Source: Nageia nagi
Taxonomy: Eukaryota > Plantae > Pinophyta
Reading direction: 5' to 3'
Assembly: GCA_050084985.1 (NCBI GenBank)
Contig: JBITNC010000001.1
Location: forward strand, 198,462,001 to 198,526,000
Length of the DNA: 64,000 nucleotides
Shown here: piece by piece, positions 1 through 12,589 of the stretch
Layout of the letters: each line of letters begins with the position of its first letter
How positions within the stretch are numbered: the first letter of the stretch is position 1
Made by a program: the position numbers and the translations under genes
Notes under the pieces: model-generated
Told to the model about the DNA's origin: nothing
Database searches by the model: none
What the model saw: the letters and a program-made list of their open reading frames with translations, nothing else

Positions 1-1790
1 TTTTGTGCCTAAGCGCATGCATGCACCCAAATAGGTGCGCCTCGGGCAGATGAGATATTTCAACACTTAGAAAATTTTGTAGAAAACTATCAAAACGACT
101 TGAGTGCATGGTTTTTGGCACATGCTTTTGCATGTACCTAAAATGGTGCACCCTCAAAAGAAACAACATTTTCAGAGAAAATTGGTGAAATCGACTGAGT
201 GCAAGGATTGGAGGACATGCTTTTGCATGCACCCCAATAGGTGCGCCCAATTTCAGAAGCAAGTTTTGGCTGTGTTGATTCTAGACGTCTACTATGAAGG
301 AGATAGGTGTGTTCATATGAATTAGACCTTTACTCGCACCAATCATTGCATGACACCTATCCACTCAAGCAAGTCTATAAAAGGAAGGTTAGCTCCAACA
401 TTCAGTTAGTTTGGTAAAATTTGCAGCATTGTGCAGTGCTAAGTTCAGAAAGCATGTCCCCTAAAAGATGCGCCCTATTTTGGACAATGATTTTCAAGGT
501 CATTTTCATTAAATATCAATTTGTTGCATTGGAAAGTGCACCACAGGATTGTGCGCATGGTGTTTAGAGCATGCTTAGGCACTCATCCAAAACGGTGCAC
601 CAACTTCCAAAAGTCCTAGCCCAGGAGCATTTTTTTTTTACTAAGTATAGAATCTTGTGAAGAGGCCTAGGTGCATGTTTTCTGGCACATGCTTTTCCAC
701 TCCTCTAAATTGGTGCACCCAAAATCTTGGAGCATTTTAAGTTAAGTATTTTGAGGTGCCTACTTGAGTAGGCGCAAGGATTCTGGGACATTGTTTAACA
801 CCCCTCCCAAAAGGTGCGACCAAGTTGCAAGAGTCTCAAGTCTAATGAAAATTGGCTAGGTCCTTTTGTGCATCAAGTTAGTTGGCGCATGCATTCCGGG
901 ACATGCCTTTATATGTACTATAATCTGTGCGCCCATCATTCTAGCTCCATCGTTTGACCTCCTTTCGAGCCAACCAAGAGGTGACACATGGGATGTTGAA
1001 GGCTATATATATCAAGTCACCCCTTTCATCATTCTATCACTTCATTTCATTTTGGACCAAGTCTCCCAGTCGCACCATATTTTGAGGTGCCTATCTAGGT
1101 AGGCGCAAGGATTCTGGGACATGCTTTTGCACCCCTCCCAAAAGGTGTGACCAAGTTGCAAGAGCTTTCAGGTGTAATGAAGATTGGCTAAGTCCTTTTG
1201 TGCATCAAGTTGGTTGGCGCATGCAGTCCAAGACATGCCTTCGCACATACTATAATCCATGCGCCCATCATTCTGGCTCTGTCATTTGACCTCATCTCGA
1301 GCCAACCAAGAGGTGACACATGGCATGTTTGAATGCTATATATATCAAGTCACCCCTTGCATCATTTTATCACTTCATTTCATTATGGACCAAGTCTCCC
1401 AATCGCACCATTTTTGGAACATTGTTAAGGACTCATCTAAATTGGTGCACCCAAGAGAAATAAGGATTTGAGAAGGTGCCTGTGCTACTAGCAGCCATTT
1501 TTGAAAGGGTGAGCTGGATCTTAGGGTACATTTTCTATAGTTCACTTTGCATCTTTTTGATAAAGCTTACCCTAAATTGACCTATGCACATGCTATCTCA
1601 CTAGTGCTTCAAGGACTCATCCGAAACGGTGCGGCCAAGTGCAAATCCAGGAATTTGGCTAAGTATACATGATTATCAGGTGCATTCATTCTCTTTTCCA
1701 TTGTGCATGAAAATTTGACGCACATGCTTTGTGGAACATGAAAAAGCACGTGCTCAAGTCCTTGCACCATAGCATGATGATCCATAATTT
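1..1790 (+). repeat. Array of degenerate ~50-bp palindromic repeats (GCGCATG...GGACATGC-TTTT-GCATG...GGTGCGC), ~100-115 bp period
   Basis: Units near 104, 199, 553, 671, 772, 885, 1102, 1217, 1585 and 1720. TTGGCTA(A/G)GT occurs in spacers (852, 1184, 1655). Includes a ~330-bp tandem duplication 748-1077/1078-1410. Confidence 0.85.
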
Positions 1791-2337
1791 AAAAGATTAA
1801 ATTTTAACTTTAATCCTTCCTAAGGATCAATTCATACTTAATTAAATTAAATGCTTGCTACTAGAAGATTTAGAGAATTAGAAATGGAACCATGTGCAAA
1901 CCAAAGAAGAACAAAATTCACACCACACAAAGACAATACAATTACCCTGGTTCACCCGATGTGGGCTACATCTAGCAACAAAAGCTCTCGTCAATCAGTA
2001 GGTGAAATTGTGTACAATGACCTCCACAGTCTTTTAGCACCTCTTCTCATATTCACACAAATACCACAACTCTGAAACACACAAAAAACTGCACTCCAAC
2101 TCTCCACAATTCCTCTCCCCGAACACTTCCAAATTGCCTCCTTTTTATAAGAGAAAGATAGGCTCAAATTTGGAGTGTTTCAAAACAAGAAATAACCATA
2201 AAATCATTATTTACAGGTAACCATTATTCTCCTCTAGTTGTAGTTCAAATTTGGGCTCAAATGGTTGAGCCAATCTCTCAAAATAGCCTTTCGAATTTGC
2301 AAATACACGCTCTCTGGATAATAGCAGCCTTCCAAAG
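1790..2337 (-). mobile_element. LTR fragment of an unrelated retrotransposon, replacing most of the C1 accessory ORF
   Basis: Motif CCTGGTTCACCCGATGTGGGCTACATCTAGC resembles the LTR at ~18400. Minus-strand TATA-like motif at ~2145. Ends not resolved. Confidence 0.45.
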
Positions 2338-2806
2338 TTGAAGTTAGTTTACTGCCACAAATTCATGTATCATCACGACTGGCTGAAGCATGCACTCGAG
2401 AAGTGTCATGTTGTTCTAAAAGTCAAAATCCCTTTGAGAAAGGAGGTAGAGGAGCAGATATGTATACCATCTCAAGTTTCAAGGGAAGAAAACAATGTGC
2501 ATAGGAAGGAAGTAGTATTGGCATAGGCTCAAAATATGATTCAAGAGCATGTTGAGGTTGAGGACCTCCGTTTACTGAAGGCAGGGCATCCCATCCTCCA
2601 TGAGAGGCAGATGGTCATCTGGTGATTTCAAATGCAGGCTACGTCTAGGCAAATTGGAGACTACTTTAGACAGAATGGCAACATTGTTGGCACGGGGTTC
2701 CAAGGGAGTACGGAAGACCATAGCATTCTTGGAAAAGACCATTGAGTCATATGATCTCACCAACGAAGAGTGGAACTCCGTCGATACCAAATCAGACCTG
2801 GCCTAG
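2338..2806 (+). pseudogene. C-terminal remnant of the accessory ORF (C1 copy)
   Basis: Peptide ...GVRKTIAFLEKTIESYDLTNEEWNSVDTKSDLA* matches the minus-strand translation of 41308-41800. Confidence 0.8.
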
Positions 2807-3134
2807 ATTTGATCCACTCACAGATTTTGTCTTCAATTATCTTTTCTTTGTTTAATAAATATTGATGGTGGTTGTTGTTATGTTCAAACTTTATTTACTT
2901 GATTTGATTAGTGTAGGGATGAGCTTTTGCTCCCACCAGATCAAATCTGTTAGACTCATTAATGGCTCTGACTGGAGCAAGGATGAGGTTTTGCTCCCGT
3001 CAGTTTAGATTCCAAACATTTATTGCATATATGATTTTCTTTTTCATAGATTAGATGTATTGCGACTGTGGCATTTATATTTTGTTAGTCTTTTAAATGC
3101 CATTTGCAAAGTTTTTGTTAACAATTAAATTTTA

Positions 3135-4229
3135 TATTGATATGTGTGTTGCATACGTCACACCATATCATATTTGATGCATTTAGGGCAACACTTCTAG
3201 TGGCCTATTTATACCCCATTCAGGCCATTTAGAAGAGGATTTTTGCATTTGCAAAACTGGAGGATTTTGCATATGTGCCATTTCCGCATAATATTGATTA
3301 CATACAAAGATTTTGCATATATGTGGTTTTGCATATGAAAGATTTCAACATTCCATTGCATGAGAATTTGTTGCATAAGGGCTTCTTTGCATAGCGTGGT
3401 TGCATATTGTTACATCTTTGATGCATTCTCAATATCATAGTAAGGGTACTGCAATCAAGTAAGGAATGTCTCTGTTTATATTATTGAATATCATTGAGAA
3501 TTGATTTCTTCTGGAATGATTCTATAAAGTAAATGTTGTGAAGACTACTATTTGTGGGATCATGCATCTTCTCCTATAAGATTTTCTTGCTGGTTTGGAT
3601 AGTTTTTACTACTTAAGTGCATTCTCTTTCAAAACTGTGAGTTTTAAGAGAAGATGGTTGAATATTTTTTGAAGTGGTATAAATTATTCATTGTATGATT
3701 TGCACATAAGTGGATGTATTCTGGGGCGTATAGCTTATCTCTATTTCATTCAGTTAGATTCATGTATTCACATGTTGATCATTTCCCATCACCCCTTTCC
3801 ATCTAGTCTTCCATCAAAGACCCTATAGCTTCCTGCTCTTGTCTTGTAGTAACTTGAGCCTTTTGCTATTTACTGCTCGACTTGATAAGTGAATACATTT
3901 TCTTAAAGAATCTGGAGATGACCTGCCAGGACACTGCATCACTGATGATATCTTAAGTTCATTTTTCATATTCTTATGCATTTATCCCTGCATTTGTGAT
4001 CTTTCTTCGCTTTTGTTCACATTTGCAATCTTTCCTCTTTGTGTAAACAAATCTCGATGGTGTATTTCCCTTGTATAACGGTTAACAACATGCATCTCTT
4101 ACCATTGTGCCCTAGGCCATATTCCATGTGACCGCTTGGGGTAACTAGTCCTTTCAGGCGAAAACAAGTAACCTTGTTTTCTCCAAGTCTTGTGGATGTT
4201 TTGGGTGAGGAAAGAAAAACATACCAACA
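3135..4229 (+). repeat. Putative LTR / terminal region of C1
   Basis: 3' end CATACCAACA is shared with the copy at 39847. A degenerate inverted match (TATTGATATG) lies near 3135. No polypurine tract is seen upstream, so the 5' boundary is tentative. Confidence 0.45.
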
Positions 4230-5230
4230 CCTAGGTGATTACACTGACCATGAGGCATCTTAAAGGCTTCCAAGATTGGATGTGGCACACAAAGAGGGAT
4301 ATTTGGCATCCCAAGACACCAACCAATTCCCACACTTAGACGTTGGGCATATTTGGCCTTCTAGGCCCCATGTTGGGCATTTAAGGTGGATTTGACCCCC
4401 ACATTGGAGATATGGGCATCCCTACGTTCCACGTCACCCTCCTAGAGATATTTGAGCTCATGGCATTGACATCGAGACGCATTGAAGCCTCCATAATCCT
4501 AGCACTTGCATTCTTGGCTTTTGGATGTGATTACTCTCAACTTAAGGCTCCCTATCTTGATGTTGAAATCATGAGCACACAGATCACTCTTCTACACTAT
4601 TGGATCAAGTCAATGCAAGATTAGAAGATGAACACCCACACCTATAAAAGGAGGACTCCTTGAACATAAGAGATATGCTGAATATATGATTAAAACCCCT
4701 TTTTCGGATTGAGTGTGAGAATCTTTGTCACTTGTATGCACCAATCTGCATTTGAGGTCTTGAGGTGATATAAGGCTAACCTCTTGCTTACTCCAGTCAT
4801 TCGAAAGACGAACTTTGGTTGTTCCATCGGGAAGAGGTAGGGAAGCCTTGGGCTTGGCCTTGCTGCTGCTGTAATTGGTGAGGCCTTGGAGCCATCCACA
4901 ATAACCCTATTGGAGGTAATCCTGGTGTAAGCTCCTTAGGTCCAAGACATATGTAATTGAGATCGTCACTGTTATATCGATACAATTCCATTACTCTGTT
5001 ATCATTTTGCTATCATCTTGTCTTGGCTTGGACGTTGGATCTAAAAGTGCATTTCTATTGTTTAATTCATGTTTTGGCTTCCTAAGTCCTACGTTGGGTT
5101 TATGTGGACATTTATAGTTTATTTGTTTCATTCCTGCCATTCATAGCTAGACATTGGATGTTTTGTGTAATCTTGTGCTTGATTGGTGAGATGTAAAGGT
5201 AAAAGGCAAACGTCCCTCTCCTAGGGCACA
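4230..5230 (+). mobile_element. Gypsy LTR-like fragment
   Basis: ACGTTGG-type motifs at 30-bp spacing (4341, 4370, 4401), as in the LTRs at 32044/36918. TATA-like CTATAAAAGG at ~4642. Confidence 0.45.
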
Positions 5231-5299
5231 TTTGAGCATGAGCCAATGGTTTGGGCTTATCACACTTAACTCCCTATGTGCATTCTCATCCATTTTATT

Positions 5300-6110
5300 T
5301 TTCTAAAACTAATTATTTTGGAGTTTATTACCTTATTGTCCTTAAAAAGGTTGTTGCCCAAATTTAGGCTGTAATGGACCAAATTTAGATGGTTGTCCAA
5401 AAAGATGACTGTTGTCCATATTTAGGGGTTGAAACCCTAGATCTACTCATGGTTGTTTCAAGATGCATTGCTTTCCTAATGGAATTTTGTAGTGTGGGAG
5501 GTTTAAAGGCCTTAACCAAACCTCTGAAGGGCTCATAAAGTCCCTTAATGAAGAGGAAAATGATTCTCTTCTCATAAACATTAGGAACCATAATTGAAAC
5601 CCTTTGAGATTCTGCAACATAATTCTCCATTGTGTTCTTTTACCTAATAGATGTTAATTCTATAAAATATTCATTCCCATTCCTCCTCCCAAAATGGTCT
5701 AACACTGCTTGTCTAAATTCATCAAAGCAGAAAATGAGGTCATGACCTTGTGTGACACGATCATGATACCACCAATCATGTGCAACTACCTTAGGATGAA
5801 GGGTTGCAAAGTGTACAACATCTTCCTCAACCATAGGGGTGAGAGTAAAGTAAGTTTGTAATTTTTCCAACCAAGCCCTAGCTGTAATTCCTCCTTCCCT
5901 AATAAATATAGGAATTTGCATTCTACTAATTTTGTTTTGCAGGTCTCTTCTATCATAATTTCTACCATGTTGAGGCTTGTTTCCATAAACCCTCTTCCCA
6001 AAAATTTATAGATAGTTGTCAAAAGGAACTATATTTTTGAAATTTTATGATTGCCCCTTATATTCCTCGAATAAGGTAGCCAACGCTTGAGTAATAGTCC
6101 CTAATTTAGC
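5300..6110 (-). pseudogene. gag: Ty3/Gypsy gag remnant
   Basis: TARAWLEKLQTYFTLTP...FATLH...WWYH and IFLFIKGLYEPFRGLVKAFKPPTLQ are homologous to gag at 12943 and 33600. Frameshifted. Confidence 0.85.
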
Positions 6111-7560
6111 CTCTTGTTGTTGAATAAACATAGGCCTATTGGGTCTTGGAAGAGGTGTGATTCATGTGCTAGCCACCCTATTTCATACCCCTTGATTTGT
6201 TATAGCAGAATTCTTTGCACGAGTTGCATGGGTTGTAGGAGCTTCATTGGGTGGTTGTTGTTGAGGCCCTTGTTGTTGAGGCTTGAAAAATTCCAAAGTA
6301 GGGCAAGCAAGATTTATAACAAATTCCAATTTTCCTTATTACTCCAAAATTTGGTAAACTCTCAAAATTACACAAAATGATGCCCTAGCTCATACGAAAA
6401 AGGAAATTAACTCAAACATGCACCAATTTGCTCATAAAAATAGGACGAATCATGGAAGTTCTCAAAATACAAAAATTAGGGCCAAAACAACTCATGCATC
6501 CTACTCAAGTACAAATATTCCAAAATTTAGGTAAATGAGACACAAAAAATATGAGATAAATATTAATTATCTAAAATTACAATGATGAACCAAGATTGAA
6601 TCCTCAAGGAGCTAAAAATTACTCCAAAGGGGTGACATACCACCAGGGGACTAAGAACACCACTATGAAGTTCTCGAAATAGTCACAAACTGCCTCCTCA
6701 AGTTAGACATCCCACTCCTAGGACCATGTTGGGATTCCAAGATCCTCACTCCACCTTTAAAGTCAGAACGAAACTAATATGTTGGTCTATCACTCAAAAA
6801 AACTGCAAAGGAAAAAGCTCCAAAACCTCCGATGTAGAGGACTGAGGTTTAATTTTCTATAAAAGGGCATAGCCTAATCCATCCATGAGTTTCATCCCAA
6901 GACCATCTAAGGTTTATGTTCCAGAGGAAATAATAACAATGTCATTCACACTCAAGGGTTGACAAGTCGATTGAAAATGGTTTAAATAGATATCTTCCTC
7001 AAGTGACACCCTCCTTAAATTTAGTCCATAAAAGGGTGATCAAACATAGTCAGTATAACATACATAAAATCTCAACTCCTAGAAATTAATTACTTTCCTA
7101 GTGGCACACACCTTAGATTCAAATAGATCCCAAAATATGGCCTAGCTTTATAAAATAATAAATGGCACTAATTAATAAATTATATTAATACACCTAAAAA
7201 GAGGACGCAATGACCAACAGGAACTCAAGCATATTATGCACCTCCAAATGTGATGCCAACATCCAATCAATTTATTTGAGTGCCTTGAATCCACAATGAA
7301 ATCTCCAAATTAAAGTCTTCTATCACAATTCAAGGACAGCATTTAATATCAAGCCTACATACCCCTCCATGTTTCCTATTATGCTTAACCTTCGTCATCA
7401 TTTCTGACATTTTAATGATTTATTCTCCTCAAAGTTTATCTTCATCTTTGTTTCTATGTTAACCTTTGTATCATTTCCTGACATATTTATGGATTTATTG
7501 CTCCTCAAGTTGTAACTATGGGTCATTAACTAAAGTCTTCACAAGTTGTCAAGAGAAACC

Positions 7561-7573
7561 AACTATGACACCA
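7561..7573 (-). promoter_or_regulatory. Degenerate primer-binding site (tRNA-iMet type)
   Basis: Minus strand reads TGGTGTCATAGTT next to the LTR end; consensus is TGGTATCAGAGC. Confidence 0.6.
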
Positions 7574-7574
7574 C

Positions 7575-8492
7575 TGCAATATCCCTAAATTAAAATGTAC
7601 AAACCCTAGCTGAAATATTATGAATCTATCCAATAAAAACTTTTTGATCTATGCAATTAATATTATGATCTATCAATTAACCTAGAAAATTACAACAAAA
7701 TCCACAATATGGCATATATCTAGCCATGTAAATTTTATTAAATTCTATTGCAAGTACAAAATGGATAGATCAGCCAAAACCCATCACAAATCAACCACCA
7801 AAATACACCATAACAAAGCTCTAAGTTGGATGTTTCACCTTGTTGGTTGAATCTAACCGAAAATGTGCTCAGAACAGCTCCAAACAGCCTCCACAAAATG
7901 GGTGATCCTCTTGACAGGGAAGAAACCCTCAAAACTAGAAAACAACTCTTCTTTAAGTTGGATGAACTTGTCATAGGTAGAATTCTTCATATCTGATAGT
8001 GAAAATCCAACATGCAATGCTCCTACTCAAGGATAGTCTCCTCAAGTAGATCACCAAGAGACTAGCCTTCCTCCAAGTGCCCACTCCTGTAGGTAGTCAT
8101 CTACAAGAGGAATTAGAACACTTTTTGCTACAACAATATTCCAAGGTTTCCAAGTCCAATCATCAAACATGATAAACCCCAAAATGATGTCTTCCTCTCA
8201 TATAGGTGAATGATCTCTTTTAGGGTTACAAGATTCAATCCCTAAATCCAACATTCCACATTGGAAGGTTAATCTCCTCCATTAGATGCCAATGTCCCAC
8301 TTGAGGAAGGCCAACCATAACTTAAAAAATATTTGTCACATGGTGAATAAATCACTAATTTTGGTGATATATTGATTATTAAAAATAAAGCTTGCCTATA
8401 TATTAATAAAATAGGACATCCCACTCTATTAGCCAAAATTCCATCATTAATATTTATTTGAAGAAATGGGATCCAATATTGAGGATATTACA
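7575..8492 (-). repeat. 5' LTR (~918 bp) of the Gypsy carrying the 5300-6110 gag
   Basis: Minus-strand termini TGTAATATCC...GGATATTGCA, followed by a degenerate PBS. Confidence 0.7.
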
Positions 8493-9334
8493 TCCTCTTG
8501 TGCATATCCTTTAGCAACTAATCTGGTCTTGTACAAGTGTCGAGTGTCCTATCAAATTTGTATTTTGTTTCAAACACCCATTTACATCTAATGGCCTTCT
8601 TTCTAGGTGGAACTTCTACCAGCTTCCACGTGCCATTTTTCATTAATGCATCATACTTAGCCTACATGGTGACTTCCAATGTGGTAGCTAGGCTTCATGA
8701 ACTGTTTGATGTTCGGGTGTATTCACCATTGTGCTCATCAATGCCAAGTTAACTTCCTCACAAACCATGCTTGTGTCCTTGGTCTGGATGTGGAAGTGTC
8801 TAATGGAGCACTCAAGTCTAAATCCTGCCAGGGTAAATTTTAAGAACCTTCCTCTAAAATGGACCCATAAATTCTTAGTGAATGTAGACAAAACCTGATT
8901 CGAATTAATGGTGAATTTTCAAAAACAATGTAAATTGGTAGGCGACTTTTGAAATTTTTTTGAAAATAGATGTAAAAAATTGATGAAAAATTTATAGTTT
9001 TAAAAATCATAGAAAATTATTGAAAGCAAGAACCAATTAGCATATAAAACTTTATATATACATTGAATGATTGAAATTTGAGTACAAAGTAGTCTTTTGA
9101 CCATGAATGATGTCTCTTGGATGCGCTCAAAACTTTATAAGATTTAGGTGCAAGAGAAAAGTGGAAACTTCTATCCCCATTGTAGTTGTTTCCACCATGA
9201 AAGATGTCTCCTCTAGGTAATTGAAATCATGGGGCACTGGTGAAGACATCCTCTGCACCTACGCAGAAGTCAAGAGTCAACAACAATAGGGAGTGTTCAG
9301 GAATAGAGTTTGAAAAGAAAAGTTGATTATGTTA

Positions 9335-9500
9335 TCTTGACCTAGTTGCAGGAAATGGTCCCGGTCCGGTTGCAGCTACTTGGTTCCGACTCGGTTGCAG
9401 CAACTTAGTTCTAACCTGGTTGCAGCTACTTGGTTTTGACCCAGTTGTAGCTACTTATTTCCGGCTCGGTTGTAGGACTATGGTACTAACTCGGATTGGT
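9335..9500 (+). repeat. 25-bp minisatellite (CTACTTGGTTCCGACTCGGTTGCAG), ~6 copies
   Basis: GCAGCTACT-like starts at 9372, 9397, 9422 and 9447. Confidence 0.85.
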
Positions 9501-10034
9501 GTGAACTTAGCTACAAGAGACCAACAAAATGGACTCCAATCACATAACATTTGCAATATAATGGAAGAAACATGCAAATCAATATTCTTCTCATTCCTGA
9601 ATTCACATTGCTACTCTAAAAGAATACAATCCATCCTATAGCAACCGAAAACTAAAGAAACCCTAAAAACATCTTTTTCTTAAAAATTGCTAAAACTAGT
9701 AATTCTAGAAATTAGTCGGAATGCGCCCAAATTCAGTGCACATATCCCTCTTACAATAATGAGTCTTACTTAAAAATATTAGGTCTCAACTTAATGTATA
9801 AAGAAAGATAATAAAAGTCTAACATTAAAAAAAACCCGAAAAAATCAGGAACATAAACTAAAAGCTAATTTTGGGACATTACATGGAGTTAGGTCCCAAA
9901 AATATTTTTTTGGAAGATTAGACGAATCAAAGATTAGCATGATGCAGAACACACACATGTAACCACATGTTAAATTTCAAGGAAAATGGACATACGATTC
10001 AAAAGTTATGGCTCCGGCAAGGTGCAGCACAGAT

Positions 10035-10400
10035 GCAATATCCAACCTGGTTGCAAGTAAAATGGTTATGACCAGGATGCAGGTTCTGACCCTATTGCAG
10101 GAAAAATATTTCAAACTGGATGTAGGATCCAACCCAGTTGCAATTAAAATGATTTCAACCCAAATGTAGGTTTTGACTTGGTTGCAAATGAAAATTCGGA
10201 TGCAAGTTTCGACTCGGTTGCAGGCAAAATATTTGACTCAGATGCAGGATCCAACTCGGTTGCAATTAAAATGGTTCCAACCCGGATGCAGGATCTGACC
10301 TGGTTGCAATTGAAATGGTTTCAACTTGAATGCAGGTTCTAACCTGGTTGCAAGGAAATGGTTCTGACACGATTTCAGGTTCCGACTTGGTTGCTAATAT
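10035..10400 (+). repeat. ~45-bp minisatellite related to the 25-bp unit, ~8 copies
   Basis: Repeated GGATCCAACCCGGTTGCAATTAAAATGGTTCCAACCCGGATGCA-like units. Confidence 0.85.
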
Positions 10401-11621
10401 CGCAAAACGAGTGCAAACTCAAAGTTGTTAGCTAATAGCTTCCTCCTTTATGATGCAGTGGTATGGAAAGGGAGTTTGATATGTATATAAATATACTAAC
10501 CTATAAGTGGCTATCTAGGTTGCAATATTTTTTATTTTTATTATTTCAAGGCGAAGGAGCTAAAATAGAATTAGAAAAGAAGACTAATCTATTAAAAAAT
10601 GTGTAGAAAGGTAGGCTACATGGCTTGAAATTTAATTATTTTTTATAAAATTTTAACTCTAAAGTGGGACCCCCTATGCGCTATACTAGCGAAATAAAAA
10701 ATTGAAAATCTAGATTTATAGCCACGGTTCACCAAACTACCCACTAAAATTTTCCCTAAATCCTGCAATGTCTTCTAGTACCATTTCGGTCTTCTAAAGT
10801 TATTAGGTGGCAAGTTCACAACCAAAACTTCTCTCTCATCTTCCCCATCATCATGATTGATTATGGGACCATTGTCAGTTTTAGGTGGTGTTGCATGTGA
10901 ACTACTTGAAGATTCACGAGTCGCATAAAAAATGACATCTCTTCTTTATATAAATCTTCCAAATAGTAGGATCCATAAGTTTGTAACCTTTGGATTCGCT
11001 ATTATACCCGAGAAGACTGAACCTCATCAACTTGTCATCAAATTTCTTCCTTTACTCTTTGGAAATCTGCATATAAACAATGCAACCAAATATTCAAAGA
11101 TGTGAGATAGATGATCTCACTTTTGTGCATTCTTTTTTAGGTGCCATGTCATCAAGAGCTTTACAAGGGGCTCTATTCAACATATACATTGCAATTCTTA
11201 CTACTTCAGCCTAAAATTTTCCATTCAACTTTGCATTTTTCAACATACTTCTCGTCATTTCAACAATGGTTCTATTTTGTTGTTCACAAACCCCATTTTG
11301 TTGTGTGTGTAAGGTGTGGTCAATTGTTGTCGAATTCTATGCTACTTTAGAAATGCAAAAAGCTCATTTGATAGGTATTCTTCCCCTCAGTATCAGCAGA
11401 GAACATGGATATGATGATTCGTGGCATTCTCCACACGAGCTTTGTGAAGAATTTGAGGTGTCACGATCACAAAATTTGAAGTTGGAATTTCCACTTTTGC
11501 CTCTAGTTTGAAAGGAACTATAGGAGATGATAAAAATGAATATTGGCCTACATCAAGTTGTCTTTTCCTATTTTCAAGTTGTCTTTTCTCATCTATTTTG
11601 GATTGACTATGCATTATTTCC

Positions 11622-12370
11622 AATGTCCCAAAAATACATATTTTTGTAAATGTCTCCTACAATTAATTATGAAAGTGAAAAAGGGCTCATATGACTAGGA
11701 GACATAACATTAAGTTATTTTCATTTATGTTTTATTTCTTTATGTTGTAATAAGGCACTTTAAGTCAAATTAGGGTTTGGGGATGTCAACTTGAAATTAG
11801 ATCCTCAAGCTATATAAGAGGATGGAGCATCCCATTTTGAGTATGTATTTGCTATTATATGACTTTGTATCTGAAACCCTAGGTTTCTTGAGGAAGGTTG
11901 CGCCTTACTCAAACTCCATTGTTTAGGAGATGTGCCCTATCTCTGTTGGAGGCATTTGCAGTTGACAAGAGATGAGCCTTGCTATTGCATTTGCAAACTA
12001 AGGAGATGTGCTCTTAGTCACTTGAAATTGCTGTGGGAGAAATCCAGCCAATTCGTGGTGATTTTTGCTATTGTGTTTTGTGCCCTTGCTTCCCTAGAAG
12101 GGCTTTCCAACTTTGTGAGCAATATTCAGCCAGATTTCTATGTTTTTTGAGTTAATAGAAATCCTAAGGGGGGTTTATCCCACTCTAGGGAGTTTTCCGA
12201 TTCATTTTATGTTCATATTTGAGTACCCTTTCGGATGCTCTTTCATTGTATCCATTTAGAAATTAATACAATTCTACCTTGACTGATTTTTCTAATTGCG
12301 TGCAACATTTGTGCTAATTTTTGTGTTTGAATATCTAGTTTTGTGTAAAATTAAAAAATGAGTCATTTCA
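11622..12370 (+). repeat. 5' LTR of F (first three bases TGT missing)
   Basis: Direct repeat of 17265-18015; ends CATTTCA. Confidence 0.93.
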
Positions 12371-12372
12371 AG

Positions 12373-12384
12373 TGGTATCAGAGT
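12373..12384 (+). promoter_or_regulatory. PBS (tRNA-iMet) of F
   Basis: TGGTATCAGAGT, 2 nt after the LTR. Confidence 0.9.
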
Positions 12385-12589
12385 TGGTATCTTGCCAGCC
12401 TGTGGTAGATCTAGCATTTTTCTATTGTGGGTATCCTAGTATTTTCCAAAGTTAGGGTTTCTAAAAAATCAAGGTTTTCAGAAAACTTGTGGGTATTGTT
12501 GATTTATGGTTAAAACTTATTTTCTATGGTAAAAAATAGGTCTGCCCAATTTTTTGGTGCAATTTGGTGCCTTGGATCTGAAAATTTAG

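Larger units (their letters stand above)
1..4229 (+). mobile_element. Internally deleted copy (C1) of an accessory-ORF retroelement family; begins upstream of the window
   Basis: 1-1790 aligns to the reverse complement of ~61400-62500. 2338-4229 aligns to the reverse complement of 39847-41800 and ends at the same terminus ...AAAAACATACCAACA. Confidence 0.8.
8829..10758. mobile_element. Non-autonomous hAT DNA transposon (1,930 bp)
   Basis: 8-bp TSD AATCCTGC at 8821-8828 and 10759-10766. Ac-like TIRs CAGGGTAAATTTTA / TAAAATTTTCCCTA. No transposase ORF. Confidence 0.85.
8493..11390 (-). pseudogene. pol: Ty1/Copia pol fragment (integrase core to RT N-terminus), split by a hAT insertion
   Basis: TQQNGVCEQQNRTIV at ~11260-11310. 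YDALMKNGTWKLVEVP...CKWVF...RLVAKGYAQ at 8495-8670. Confidence 0.8.

Noticed and set aside
6380-7250. Possible extra solo LTR in the leader of the 5300-8492 element
   Set aside because: Composition is LTR-like, but I could not find both termini or a TSD.
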